64,000 bases of DNA, taken from the NCBI GenBank assembly GCA_964016885.1, contig OZ024743.1, forward strand, positions 295,988,001-296,052,000, written 5' to 3'. Position numbers and translations under genes: made by a program. The notes under the pieces were generated by a model. It made no database searches, was not told the DNA's origin, and was given only the letters and a program-made list of their open reading frames with translations. The stretch is from Eledone cirrhosa (lineage: Eukaryota). Below, piece after piece: positions 28,780 to 44,745 of the stretch (position 1 is the stretch's first letter; every line of letters starts with the position of its first letter).

Positions 28780-29497
28780 GTCTCCTTTTAGTCCATTGAG
28801 CACTTGCCGCATATCTCGAAAATTGCGTTTCGCTTTGTTTTTGACCACTGCCGAAATTCGATCTCGCTGAAATTACATTTGTATTAATCTCCCGGACCTA
28901 GCAATTAGCCAGTTAATTATATTAGATAATTCTATTGACTGATTAATTGCTTAAGTTTATTTTAAAAACAACCCGGCCGAGAGCTTAATTCGATTTTTGC
29001 AGTTTTTGCAATTCTTGCATTAATTTTACACATTCTGAATCCATCCGCCAAAAACAGGGGATACCTCCCTAGTAGGGTAAAGTAGGGTAATACACGTGGG
29101 GTAATCACTCCAACATTGCAACTGCTAGGAGCCCGCTCGTTGGCTGAGAACAAAATACCTGTTGACGAAGTGGAAGCCTTGTTTGATCATTATACCAAAA
29201 GCTTAATATGGAAGAGGGTAGTATAATTGATTTAGGTGTCGCAGAAATTATACCATCAATTCCAGAGGATCCAGGTAAATTCTTTCGTTTGGCCTGTTTA
29301 GCTTGCTTCGTTTTTTTGGCTTAGGTGGCTGATAGCTTCATGACCACCGTTTTCAGTTTGTTTGGCCTCTATAACCTATGTTTATTGCTCTAGTCTTCTT
29401 TTAGTCCATTGAGCGCTTGCCGCATATCTCGAAAATTGCGTTTCGCTTTGTTTTTGACCACTGCCGAAATTCGATCTCGCTGAAATTATATTTGTAT
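28780..29497. repeat. ~105 bp direct repeats (28780-28885, 29392-29497) flanking a ~500 bp spacer, bordered by TA
   Basis: CTTTTAGTCCATTGAGC..GCCGCATATCTCGAAAATTGCGTTTCGC..GCTGAAATTA occurs twice. Confidence 0.8.
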
Positions 29498-29521
29498 ATA
29501 TATAGAGAGAGAGAGAGACAG

Positions 29522-31939
29522 TAGGGAAACATCCAACTTCGTACAGTTTGACATTAATGACTGCTACTCCTCCATCTCCCCAGTTACCCTAGATAAAGCG
29601 CTAGCCTTTGCCAAAAAAAACTCGGGCCTAACCTCTGATGAAATTAAAATAATACTAGCTACTAGGACTATCATTAGATTCGAAAATAGTTACTGGGAAC
29701 GAAAAAACACACAGAATAGCATCGATATCACAATGGGATCTAGTGACGCAGCTCAGGTAACAGACATAGTTGGAACATATATAGCGCATAACTTACATAA
29801 GGAATTTAATAACCTCCAAGGAGGAATTTATAGAGACGACACACTTCTTTTAGCTAAGAACTTAAATAATCAAAACATGGAAAATTTATGGAAAAACATC
29901 AGAGTCTTCTTCAACAAACTAGGCCTAGGTATCACTTTCGAACTTAACTCTAAAAAAGCAAACTTCTTAGATGTAACACTCAACCTAAACACATGATTAA
30001 TAGAGCCCTTCCATAAAAATAACAAGAATCTAATCAACATTAGTTATAACTCAAACCACCCTCGATCCATAATTAACTCCATAGCACATAGTATATCTCT
30101 CAGAATATCCCGCCTATCTTCTAACCCAGAGAATTTTAACGAACACGCAAACTATTATAACATAGCTTTACATAAGGTAGGACATAAGGAGGGTCTCATA
30201 TACATACCAGATAGAGACAGCAACAACAAACCTAACGATAGCTACACTACCCACACCTATAGAAATAACAAACATAGGACTAAACATAGAATTAGACAAC
30301 GGGCACCAGAAATAACTGAACCGGATACTAACATAAGGACCCCTAGGAACTATAGAAAATCCAGAGATAGGAAATACATATGGTTCAATCCAATATTCAA
30401 CTCCTCTATAAAAAACAAACTACCTTCTACATTCTTTAAGCTAATTGACAAACACTCCCCTAAACTACACAAATACCATAAAATCTTTAACAGAAAAACT
30501 ATCAAACTATCTTACTCCACTGCAGCCAACATAGAATCACACATGCATAAAATCAACTACAAAAGAATCTCTAAAGAAAATAACCTACCAACATACACCA
30601 TAGCACCAAATACAAAACGCAAACACATAACAACATCACAACCACACACACACATCAGGGCGCATCACAACAAAACATTAATAGGCCTAAATATCAACTC
30701 ACCCATAACAACATGCAAAACCGCAACTGAGAACCTGCACACAGGAAGGCCTCCAATTGTAACTACCACCTACCGGATAAGTGCCCACTACAAAATAGGT
30801 ACCTGGATTCAAACATGGTGTACCTGTGTACTATAAATTTAGGCAACTTAACATGGCACTACATAGGTTCCACGGCTGGGGAGTTCACAAAAAGATGGTG
30901 TGTTCACAGACATTCCATGAAGAACCGTAAACTGGAGAACTCTACAACGCTGGCCAATAAAATCTGGCAGCTTAAGAACATAAACCAAGAATATGGGATT
31001 AGGTGGTCAAAATTAGTGGGAGCAAGGGCCTACAACAATGGAATGTGCCACTGCGGACTTTGCAATATGGAGCTATTCCATATTTTAAGGTACGATAAGA
31101 TGCTGCATAACAGCAAAATAGAAAGATCAATTTTCTGCAGGCACAAAGCAGCTACCAAGTTCACAAATTTCAAACCACCATGATTCGACCCAGCAATCCC
31201 AAAATTCGAACTGAACCACCCGAATTTTAACGTACGGAATATATCGTACCGCACTGTTATTAGCTGTCAACTAACCGACTGGTCACTAGATCATAAATCT
31301 GCTAATTCTTCTTTCACTCTCTCTCTCCCTGAAGCCACATCAACACCATTAAGATAAGTCAATCAGCAGGCCAAATATTTACCACACACACATATCAAAA
31401 TCCCCCTTCCCTATCCATCCTTAGCCCTTATGTCTCATGCTCGTATCTCTCACTTAATTTTTAATTTATTGTTTTCTCTTTTATCTGTCATTCTCTACCT
31501 GTATGTATGTATCGAATATTGCTTATCATGTTAGTACTGCCTCCAATCCCCATCCTTATACAGACACTTACTCACCACCACCACTATTATCAACTATCGT
31601 ATTCTGTACTTATATACTTTTACTTATTTTTTATGTATTTCTTTATTTTTTTATTTTTCGTCTTTTTACATCTGTAACTTCTTTACCTATTTATCATTAT
31701 ATTTTATTATTGATGATATTGTTTTGATTCTACGCTGTATCTCTATATATACCATTGCCATATGTGAGTTCTCTAGTATTCTGAGGATTTCATCAGAGGT
31801 AAATAGTGTATTGAAGGTCGAATGACGCAACTTCGAGTGATTAGCGGCCTTTAGACTCACCTGATCAATGAAACAATTGTTAATACTTGAAATAAAGCCC
31901 CTTGTTGTACAGCCGACCATGTATTCTTCAATCTTTCAC

Positions 31940-31945
<6 letters not shown>
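29522..31945 (+). mobile_element. 5'-truncated Penelope-like element (probably Hydra clade): RT, CxCx5C-like linker, C-terminal GIY-YIG, pseudo-LTR
   Basis: FVQFDI..YSSI, ITMGSSDAAQ, GIYRDD, NFLDVTL, WFNP, CNYHLPDKCPL, MVY..YIGST..FTKR..H, STTLANKIWQLK, CGLCNME. Clade assignment is from recalled motifs. Confidence 0.85.
31775..31887 (+). ncRNA. Type I hammerhead motif with ~80 nt helix II extension
   Basis: AGTATT-CTGAGGA-[long hairpin ATCAG..CTGAT, AAGGTCG..CGGCCTT]-GAAAC aatt GTT-AATACT. Confidence 0.75.
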
Positions 31946-32236
<291 letters not shown>

Positions 32237-33525
32237 TAGGAAAGCAAGTGATGCTTTCGGAAAGCTAGAAAGGCGACTCTGGGGTCGGCGAGACATATGC
32301 AGGAGGACAAAGGTAAAGGTGTACAGGGCATGTGTGCTCTCTTGTCTTCTTTATGCCTGCGGGACATGGGTCACATATCGACACCACCTTAAGTAATTGG
32401 AGCGTTTCCATCAGATGTGTCTCAAACGGATCCATGGCGTTCACTGGAGGGACCACATTAGTGATGTCGAGATTTTGGAAAGCTCTATGTGTGACAGTAT
32501 AGAAGCTCTTGTGCTTAAGCAACGACTCCGTTGGAGTGGTCACCTTGCCAGGATGAAGGATTCTAGAATACCAAAACAACTCTTTTATGGAGAGTTGGTT
32601 AAAGGAAAACGACCGCCACATAAACCAAAAAAGAGGTATAAGGATTCCTTGAAAGCCTCTCTGAAAGACGCTAACATCTCTGCTGATACATGGGAGAATA
32701 TTGCTGCTGATCGTAATAAATGGAGAAAGACTGTATATGAGGGAAAAGTTGCCTTTGAGGCATCTCGAATCGCATACGAGAAAGTAAAGCGGGATGTGAG
32801 GAAGGGCATTGCTGTTGCACTTCCAGACGGCGAGGGTCCTCCTATGGTGCTGACATGCAGCGTATGTGCGAGACTCTGCCTAAGCAAAGCTGGACTCAAA
32901 AGTCATCTTCGCAGTCATAAAGTAAGACCAGTGGTTGACTACCAGGCTGCTGTTGGAGATGCTACTCATCATGCTTGCCAAACATGTGGTAGAGAATGTA
33001 AATCAGCAGGAGGGCTCAAGCGACAATGAAAAGTACACGAACTCCAACCACAGCCGACTATTCCCAGTGACTGTTTTGGTTGCCGACTCTGTGCAAGACA
33101 TTTTAGATCATTGGCTGGGCTAAAAAGCCACATTCGATCGCAGCGCTGTTAGTTGCTATCGTGTGTGTGTAGATATGCTTATGTGTGTGCGTGTGTGTGT
33201 ATATATGTATATGTATATTATTATTGTTGTTGTCTTTATTATTATTGTTGTTATTATTATTATTATTGTTATTAATGTATGTGTGTGTGTATATGTGTGT
33301 GTGAGTATGTGCGTGTGTGTGTATATATGTATGTATATGTATATATATATATATTTTTTTTTTATTTATTTATTTATTTTTTTTTTTTTTCTCTTTCTCC
33401 TCGTGCAATGGCCATACTCGATAACGAGGGGGCAGCCATCATGTATGTATGTATGTATGTATGTATGTATGTATGTATGTATGTATGTATGTATGTATGT
33501 ATGTATGTATGTATGTATGTATGTA
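32237..33525 (+). mobile_element. 5'-truncated RTE (BovB-like) LINE with C-terminal C2H2 fingers, microsatellite-interrupted 3' UTR and (ATGT)n tail
   Basis: KASDAFGKL..TKVKVYRACVLSCLLYAC, LERFHQMCLKRI, LRWSGHLARM, RIPKQLFYGEL, CSVC..GLKSHLRSH, CQTC, CRLC..GLKSH. Confidence 0.85.
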
Positions 33526-33639
33526 TGTGTATATATATATAAACAAAGCGTGAGAGAGAGAGGCCAACGGTGAAAATAAGACAGTCAGATTTGGAGTGTC
33601 AAAATAATCAAAGCTTGACCATCGGGCTTACATAATAAT

Positions 33640-33940
33640 TACAAAATAATATGAGTGTATGGGTATGTAGGTAAAGGTGTGGGAAGCGACGAAATTTACA
33701 TCGGCACTACCAATAATAAAGAATGTAAATACTTAAAACCATTACCTAATCTCAACAGAGAAAACTCGGCGTCCCTATCAAAATACACTAGGGTCCCACT
33801 GGAGTATTATCTAAATATAACTATACACTGAACAAAATAATAAATGCCACCCATACATGATTGTTTCTAACGCTAGCCCATGTGCACCGCAAAAAAATTA
33901 TCATAATTACTAAATAAATATATTTGTTCAACAGTGAAAT
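33640..33940 (+). mobile_element. Highly degraded PLE GIY-YIG fragment
   Basis: EIYIGTT and ENSASLSKY resemble 30860-30970. Confidence 0.35.
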
Positions 33941-34299
33941 GAAATAATATAGTGGATCAGACAGCAGACCAAACATTGTTAGCAAGTGGTGTAATCTGCA
34001 AATAGGATAATTGTCTATGATGTGACTGCAATGGGAATAACATTATATGCACTACAATACCTCTTCCAATTGGATAATGAAATATTAATCTAGAATAGTA
34101 AATTATGATTTAGAAAAATCAGATGTAATTCATCATGAACTGTCAACTTGAATATTCGACAATATCAAAATCATATTTATCGAATTAGTACTAAACCTGA
34201 TAACTGGGACAAGAAGATATAACGGAAGCAATCAACGCAAATATACAAGACAACTGCTGTACTAACAAACGAATAAGTGTTTTTCTTTCTTACCGTGTC

Positions 34300-34620
34300 C
34301 ACAAGAGTGTCAGCTACAAAGCTTGGCTAGATGTGGTTCCACCGCAGCTTAACATATTGTTGTCCTTTCTCATTAAAATCTGCCAAGACCAATGCTGAGC
34401 AAGGGTTTTTTTTTCCAGCAGGGGGCATATCAGGAGATGCTGCGTAGTCTGCGGTTCGTTGCCGCAGTCGCACAGATTTTCCCGATCCTTTAAATATCCC
34501 CATTTTCCCAGATTAACGTTTGCACGACCAACACCAGATCTTAATCTGTTGAGGCATTTCCACACTGCATAGTTTATATCTGCTCCCGGGGGGCAGTGCC
34601 ACTCTCGCCTTCAGCTCCAT
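34300..34620 (-). mobile_element. Vingi-like LINE 3' fragment
   Basis: WKCLNRLRSGVGR..KWGY..CDCG..QTTQHLLICP. Confidence 0.7.
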
Positions 34621-34943
34621 TGTTGTTACACATGCAACCACAAGCAACGAATAGGTAATAAACTGATAAACAACTGTATCACATTACTTTAGATTTCTAT
34701 ATACACCTCATTACAAGAAATATAAACTGTTTGCGTACAGAAGAAATATAATTTTCAATTTTTTAATGTAATTCTGATTTTAAATGTTCAAGAAATTTTA
34801 CAAAGTTGAAGTTATTTTTGTTTTAATGTTTCGCTTTGATTCTTTACAGCAAAACATATTTGTGGCTGTTTTTATCCTCCACTGATACAAGTATCAAGAG
34901 GTCATAGACTTATATGTGCACCTAGGTTTATATGTGAAGAAAC

Positions 34944-35060
34944 ATGGTTTAGGGGTTAGAGTTGAATTCCCAATCATGAGGTTGTGGTATTAAACCCACA
35001 ACCTCATGATTGATGCATTGTGTCCTTGAGCAAGATGTTTTATTTCACGCCAACTGCCAG
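34944..35060 (+). mobile_element. Degenerate SINE of a second family
   Basis: tRNA-like head followed by CATTGTGTCCTTGAGCAAGA..TTTATTTCAC. Confidence 0.5.
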
Positions 35061-35816
35061 GAGTTGCGACCAGTAGATAGTATCAGCAATTGGAAAGACC
35101 AATAAAAACATTGTTTCCTTGGTCCAATTTGTTGATTCTCACCTCATTCAGTAAGAGAATGAGGTCTGAGAACTTGTCGATTTGGATGTATATATCTATC
35201 TATCTATATATCTGTGTGTGGGGGGGGGGGGGGGGGGTACTTAATTTACACAAACACAAATTGTGGTTTGTGTGGTTAAAAGGTTCGGTTAGCAACTACG
35301 TGTTTCTGCTGCATGCCACCTAAAACAAGACTCATCTTCTATAGCTTCAAGTTAACAGCTTGTGATTAGAATTTAGTAGGCGGAAACTGAAGATGTACGT
35401 GTGTGTGTATGTATGAATATTTCAATTATATTCTCTATTAATTATTCCACTCTATTCATTCTTATGGTATTAGAGAGTCAGTTCCTTCTTACCTATTGTT
35501 ATAGTTGTTCTTATTTTAGAGATAAAAATATCGATATAACAGCAGGCAATGTGCAAAAATAGCCCCCAACACACACAGACATTATGCATATAGAGGGGTC
35601 TACAAGGAGTAGACAATTATAGGAGAGAGTAGATGATTTATCTATAAGAGATATGAAGAAGTTTTAATTAATACTGAATTAGCCTGACCACGTGTTCTAA
35701 TTAACTTGGCCTTCAACACAAAATACACTTCACAGCATGACTAATTACGTTTACATAGACACAATATGCAGAATAATAAATTGTAATACATATATATATG
35801 TGTGTGTGGATGTGTG

Positions 35817-35854
<38 letters not shown>

Positions 35855-36689
35855 TATATGTGTGTGTGTGTGTGTGCGTGTGTGTGTTTGTGTTTGTGTT
35901 TGTGTTTGTGTTTGTGTGTGTGTCTGTGTGTGAACACGCCTATGGTATGAATAACGCCCATACACAATATGTGTTCTAGTGAAATTCTAGGTAAGGTACA
36001 AACAAATGCGATAGTTACTCTCACAATCTTCACAAGGCTCGTCTCTACCAATCTGCAACTCTACCACTACAAATGTGATCTCTTCCATGATGACTACCAT
36101 TGCAACCATCACACTTTCTCTCACTAGCAACAACCTATGTCCACAATCACAATCACTATCAATAGTTATATTAGTATCACCATCATCTTTACCGGTACCC
36201 TCTCCATTATCTTCTTCGTTGTCACCTTTACTACAATTACGCGTCAAACATCAACAACCTTAATCACTACCGTTACTGCCATGAACATTTTCATTAATAC
36301 TGCCTCTAACACACACATATTGACACAAAACCTCATATACACACTCGTACACATAAACTCATTTAAACATACTGTCAATATTTGCAACTACAACTGTATC
36401 ATGATTTTATGATTTGGGACAATATGTCTCATTACTAGCTCTCGTTACTTCAGTGATATTGACTAAGGTATGAGAGGCGATATATGTGTGTATATCTATC
36501 TGTATCTGTAAGTGTATTTCTGCATGCCTGTTTTGTTCTTCTATGTGTGTATATCCTCGTAAATATACATGGATCGTTAGCGGTCTTCTAGATCCACATG
36601 CAAAAGAATCTAATGCAAATAAAGCATTGATGTATTAACAAATCATTAACGGTATACCAGTGACAGTCAACAATATACGCAGAATTTAA

Positions 36690-37880
<1,191 letters not shown>

Positions 37881-38221
37881 CGATTTTATAGTGACAAGCG
37901 CTTGTGAGACATAAGAGCCACTCGCAAAATGTTTGAAGTTAAACTAGAAACAAGCAAAAACAAGTCAAGCTGTTCAAATCGCACAAGCACCCTAATATTA
38001 AAGATTTTTAATAAGATTTTTCGAAATTTCCTAAATATTTCATACGTATTTACATTGATATGTATAAACATATAAATATACATATACACATATTTTCTTC
38101 CGCCAAAATGCATTCCAACACCAACACCACGCGTGCATGGTGGGTTTGTCTGTTCTATAGCCGTCGATCTGACTATCCATGGAATTATATTTCGATACAC
38201 ACTACCTGTAGCCTTCCAGAG

Positions 38222-38252
<31 letters not shown>

Positions 38253-39474
38253 ACGAAGGAAGTGTGGTAAGGAACCAGGTGGACCATAACACACCAGAAT
38301 ACTCGATACTTTAGGTAGTAGAGTGGGTAATAGGAAAAGGATCAAACCCCGACGGCAGAGCTCAAGCCGTTTCGACGGCTATTTCTGGACTAAATTAAAT
38401 TTTTAGCGTGGTAATAATGTAGCCGAATTTTTCAAGGGTAGTTCCATATATGGGCATGCGATAATCATACATTTTTGAAGGTTGTAGTTGTCAAAGGCAT
38501 TGGTTGAAGTTTCTTGTAAACACAGTTAAATCTTTCATGGGGTAAGGGGTGGGGTGGCTGAACTTGCCTGTAGAACAATGGGGGAGTGGGTGAAGCCGGT
38601 CAAGCGTTGAAAGTAAATTCTATACAGAAAATTCTAAGGAGTGTTGATGAAGTAGGCTAGCTAGAAAGCAAGCGAAAATAGAATTCTACAGCAATCTGAA
38701 AAGGGGAAATTATAAAATTAAAAAATAAAAAAATTTAAAAATTTAAAATTTAAAAAATTAAAATTTTTTTTTTTTTTAAATAGAGTCTAAAACAGCTGCT
38801 ATATTTTTAGCTGGTATTGCGTTTTCAGCCAATGCTATATAGAATTCACAGGGTGGGGTACTGAAGCTACAAAAGCCGATGGGCTGCCTCATGGAAAGCG
38901 AAAGAGGAAAAAGAAAAAGGAAGAGAGGGAGTGAAGGACCAACTCCTAAACAAAAGAGAAGAACTTGTAACTGCATGTAAACACCGATTGCATAGGACTT
39001 ACCTTGCCTTCAAAGCCCCTCATGACCTGGGTGGGTAGACAGACAGGGCTGTAACATCCCTCTTTTCCCCACTTGCCGAACAAGATAGGAGAAACCCCAG
39101 CATACATAGGTAGATGTAATTCTTTTCTTTTTTTCCCTTTTATCTCTTCTTCTCACTTCCTTCCACTCCCTCTCCTCTTCCTTTTTCTTTTTCACAGCAC
39201 ACACATCTTCCCCTTATCAGCTCTCAAAGCAGTAAAATGGTTTCTCACGATTTAATTGAGAGCACCCTTTTCAAATGCTGGATCGTGCAACAGAAAAATA
39301 AATCTTTCTGTTGGTATGATGTGTGTGATAAAACAAACAGCACTGGTAGAAGGACGAAAGAAGACAAAGAAAAGAAAATAACGGGATAGCGAACTTCAAG
39401 CTGCGTTGTATGTTCTAAATAGAAAGGTAATCATAGATATGATAAAGTTAAATGAATAAACATTGTTGTCTCGG

Positions 39475-40075
39475 GTCGAATGATATACGATATGTTTACG
39501 AATAAACATTTGAAAGCCTTTACAATTTTATGAATTTTAAATTAACCTTGAGTTCCAGTACGAGGAAAGGTGCGCATGACATTGACAACGGCTACACAGT
39601 CAGAAACAGCAGTTGGTTGCTTCCCCCTTACTTCTGCTGGAATTAGATAGGTGGCGCCAGCCAGCACCTTTAAAATTCATATCTAAATGCTTTTAAATGT
39701 TTATTCGTAAACATATCGTATATTAAACAATATACGAACTATTTTCTCCAGCTGTATACATGTATGTATACAGCTGGAGCAAATACCTTAATTCTATTTC
39801 TTGTTCAGGCCGAACTAGCCGAATGCTCGGTATGCAAATAAGGCTAATCAGCCCATATACATAATCGTTAAAAATATGTTTGCGGTTTATTTGCGTTCCA
39901 GAACGAGGCGAGTAAAGGAGTGCGTAACCTTGGCAACGATGAAACATCCAGAAACAACTGTCGGTACCATTCCTCCCTTGCTTCTGCTGGAACTAGGTAG
40001 GTGGCTCCAACTAGATGGCTCCAAATGCTTTCAAATGTTTATTCGTAAACTTATCGTATATTATTCGATATACAC
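39475..40075. mobile_element. Two diverged tandem ~345 bp units, each with a decayed U3:A8 hammerhead (39578-39618, 39927-39965), plus an inverted partial copy
   Basis: ACA-TTGACAA..GAAAC agca GTT-GGT and ACC-TTGGCAA..GAAAC aact GTC-GGT. AAATGTTTATTCGTAAAC at ~39696 and ~40033, inverted at ~39494. Confidence 0.6.
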
Positions 40076-40169
40076 ATTTGACATATATATATATGGGTGG
40101 GGCACTTCCTGGTACGTTGAGGTTTACCATAAACAAAAATTCATGCCGTCAGCACTTTCTTCTATTCTC

Positions 40170-40253
<84 letters not shown>

Positions 40254-41129
40254 GTGTGTGTGTTTGCACGCGCATGCATATGCATTTATGCTCCTCCGTG
40301 CTTTTCTGTGTTTAGTATGTATGCATTAATAACAATAGTAAAAATATTCGTTGCCATACCAACTGACTTGAAGTTGTTGTGAGTTATGTGTTATATATTG
40401 AGGCTTTTGTTTTCTTTGGTGTGAGATCTGAGGTTATTTTTAGTCGCTAGACTGCTTGCCGACTTTGTTTAGAACATATTTCTCTAATATGGAGATTGGT
40501 GTTTAACATGGTGCATTTATAATTTATTATGGTGATATGGTTTGGTATCTAATGTTATCTCTACTAGAAAGTCGTATCTGCTCTCTACCCAGATATCACT
40601 GTTAAGTTGATGTGACTGCTAGTATAGTGTCACTAACAATAGTTAGCATCATTCTTTTTTCCTTCTCTGATCTGCATTTAGTCTTTACTATTGCTACAGA
40701 GATTTCGACACTATCTGATTCAATGACGAGATATAATGATGCTTCGCTTTATGAGAAAACACATTTTTTTGTTATCTCTGGATCAGAATATTTGATGTGT
40801 TGTTTGATTAAGTACTTTTGTTTACGGCGTTGTTAGTGGTGGTGTTAGTGTTGGTGGTGATAGTAGTGGTTATGGTAGGAGAGGGGGTAGAGGTGATGGC
40901 ATAGGTTGCTGAGAAGTATGCAAATACAATCCATGTATGTGTAATGCTTATAATTATGTAGTATAGTTTTTTTTATTGTTTCCTGGTTTCTAAATTATTT
41001 TCTGTACGTGTTATCACAAACACACACATACATACATACACACACACACATACACACACACACACACACATACACACATATATATATATATACATATACA
41101 TATGCATACATACATACATACATACATAC

Positions 41130-41160
<31 letters not shown>

Positions 41161-41166
41161 CATACA

Positions 41167-41267
<101 letters not shown>

Positions 41268-41323
41268 ATATATATTGTTATACTTTGGGAGGGTCATGTT
41301 GCCAATAAAGAAATTCAGAAACG

Positions 41324-41375
<52 letters not shown>

Positions 41376-41753
41376 ATATATATATATGTGTGTGTGTGTA
41401 TGTGTGTGTGTATGTATGTATGTGTGTGTTTGTGATAACACGTACTGAAAATAATTATATATATATATATATATATATCAAGTAAAAATAACGGAGCAAA
41501 GGACTCGCGTATAATCCTGTGATTAAATGAGCTCAAAGGAAATAGTTTTCCTGGGCTCTTTAAATACAATATATAGAGGGGAAAGACACAGGAGAGTGTG
41601 TTTTTCATTACATGAATTTGGTTTTTCATTTCAATTCATACTTTTAATTTTAATGTTTTACCAATGCCTCTAGTAGCTTATATTCTTCTCACGCTGGTGG
41701 TTCTAAATTCATGTAATGAAAAACACACTCTCCTGTGTCTTTCCTCTCTATAT

Positions 41754-41821
<68 letters not shown>

Positions 41822-41828
<7 letters not shown>

Positions 41829-42695
41829 GAAAGGTATAGAAATTGTTGCAGCGAGAAGCTAACATTATTCCTTAACATATATGCGACTATAGCGTCAAAA
41901 TGGGAAAAATAGTTAACGTAAGATGCGGGAAAAAACAATTCAAACTCATCTCAAAGAGAATCAGGATATAAATTCATCCACAGAATTTAGTGAAATCCAG
42001 GGAAAAATCAATAGAGCCTTAACTCATGATAAAATAAAGTCTAAAATACCCATCCTTCAATTTGGAAAAACTTCAAATGCTCTGTATAGTCTTAAAGACT
42101 ATTTCATGAAAACTTTCAGTGGAGATGGTCACGGTTGGATTTCAAACGTCAGCAGAGCTCAACTCGATAACCAGGACTCTCACAGATTTATATGCCAAAA
42201 AGGGAATTTTAAAACTGGCTAGTTCACCATCATGCGTGATTATGAAAAACGCACATGAGGAAAAACAGGGCTAGTGACGTCAGAATGAGACAAATGTTTG
42301 TTTACAAGAAACAACAGTCAAAAACATTCCGAAAAAACTCTACAGAAGAAGTTCAGCAAAAAGCAATATTATCGCAGTTTTTATTTAAAAAACCGGGATT
42401 AGTCACAAATAATTTAAGCACTCTAGGAAAAACTCCGAGTATAAATATATAAATGAAAGGTATAGAAATTGTTGTAGCGAGAAGCTAACAGTATTCCATA
42501 ACATATATGCGACTATAGCGTCAAAATGGGAAAAATAGTTAACGTAAGATGTGGGAAAAAAACAATTCAAACTCATCTCAAAGAGAATCAGGATATAAAT
42601 TCATCCACAGAATTTAGTGAAATCCAGGGAAAAATCAATAGAGCCTTAACTCATAATAAAATAAAGTCTAAAATACTCATCCTTCAATTTGGAAA

Positions 42696-42699
<4 letters not shown>
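41822..42699. repeat. ~250 bp direct repeats (41822-42072, 42447-42699) bounded by (TA)n
   Basis: AAATGAAAGGTATAGAAATTGTTG...TTTGGAAAAACT occurs twice; PLE-like partial tandem architecture. Confidence 0.8.
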
Positions 42700-42794
<95 letters not shown>

Positions 42795-42867
42795 TATATA
42801 CATAGATATAGATATAATAAGCAGGCTAGAATAAAGTGTCAAGATTGTATCATATACATACTTTATT

Positions 42868-42933
42868 CACACATGACATGTGTTTCGTTATTGATTGACT
42901 CGAGGTACGATCGGTCATGTTCTCAGATGTGTG
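42868..42933 (-). ncRNA. Type I hammerhead motif (C3/A8 core)
   Basis: Reverse complement: CACACAT-CTGAGAA-[33 nt helix II]-GAAAC acat GTC-ATGTGTG; 7 bp helix I. Confidence 0.65.
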
Positions 42934-44745
42934 TTCGTGCTTACATCCAAATGTGTATGAAAAGGTTAGACATCCTTTTTGTATATGTAGCTTCGGTCTG
43001 AACGGTGTTATTTGCCGCAAACACACTAAAAAGAACAGATTGAATATAAATACAATTAGTTATAGATAAGTAGATAAAAAAGAAAAAAGTAAAAACGTAA
43101 TTGTTGAAAAAAGCGAATGATGAAGCAATTAATAATAGAGAAACGGGAGGACAACAGGTGTTCGTTGATAAACTGGCTATAGAAATCATATATAGCCATA
43201 GGCTTTGTGTTACTAGAGTTGTTGGAAATGTCATATTATCAGATCAGTCTGTGTCGGTTATCAATGTGTAGTGTCAAGCCTACCGAATGTTATTGAGATT
43301 CAATGGGGAAGAGGTCACAACAGCTATAATAGCAATAACAACACTAGCAAGGTCACCGACCATGGATCAGTGTTAATGAATTTAGAAGTAGCAACACCAA
43401 TACCAACAACATAAGCACCACCAACAACGACAACCAAGTCACCGACCACAGGTCAATTTAGGCGAGACAGTGGGAATTCGTCTCTTTCGTGTTCGGTCAC
43501 ATTGCACCGGGCATTGACTTCTGCCTGGTACTAAGTAATTTTTGTCAATTTATTTGTCAATTTATCAACATTCAAGGTGTAATACAGGTCAGTTTCACCT
43601 AGACAGCGTCAGGAACAACAACACCCTCAGCATCAACTTCACCATCACAAACAACAACTTCAGCACCAACAACTGTTTTTTTTTTTGCTAATTGCCCGAA
43701 TAGTAAGCAGAGAAGCTTCCCTGTGGAGATTGTGATCGTGGGACTGATCAACAGCAGCAGCAAGAACAACAACAACAATCCAGCCCCCCAAACAACAACA
43801 AGAGCAACAACTACAATTCCGCCGGATTCCAATCATTTTGTTGGTCGCACAAGAGCACCATCTACGATCATGTTAGCAGTCGTGGTGTCATGTGCCGTGT
43901 GTTAGTACAAGGGAATTAATAATTTAAACAAAAATACATTAAATGAAACTCGGGACAGCGATAGGTTGTTGGGTGTAATGGTTATTAGTGTGTAGCTGCT
44001 TGTTTAGATATAAAAATAGTTACTAAAAACAGTATCGTACCGGTGATTAGAATAGTGTATCCAAGTATTAAGATATTTCAATATACATAATTATTCAAAC
44101 GTTCACAAGGTGTTTAGATATATTCCAAAACAGGAGGTACACAGGGCAAAGACAACGGAAAAACGGAGTCCCAACTTCTCAATCAGCCTCTGGAAATCAC
44201 TATAGTTTCAATGCATTAATATTTTTACTGTTCATTCCAATGCACATTGGGACGCAACAAAACAGGTAGAAACAACCACAGGATAAGTTATACATTTTGG
44301 TGAATTATACAAGTAAAAAGACAAAAAGAAAAATACTATAAATCAAAGTGTGTCAACTGAAAAGGAAGGGTAAATGAAAGGAAACGACTGCGCTTAATAT
44401 TGACGTTCACATAGGGATTAATATTTTCTTTGTTAAGGCCACTTTATAGTATAGGATTATGAGACAAGATGATAGATCAACAGAGTTCTAACTTGGCCTT
44501 AATATATATTATTTTATTTATTATTTTATTATTTTTCTGATTTGAGTTTTTAGTATGCGGTCATGTTAGGGCATCGTGTTGAAAGGATTAATCAATATCT
44601 AGCAGCAGTACTTAAGTTTTTCAAAAACCTTGTATTTATTTTATCGATCTTGTTTCTTAACTCCTAATTTACGGGACATAAACAAACAGTAAACGTAAAC
44701 ATAGTCACGGACACACTATCTATGAAGTGAAGAGGAGAGAGAGGA

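Noticed and set aside
31810-31855. SECIS-like ATGA...GA inside the hammerhead insert, with an in-frame TGA at 29994
   Set aside because: The stem is too short and lacks a proper apical AAR loop; the element has other disabling mutations, so the TGA is most simply decay.
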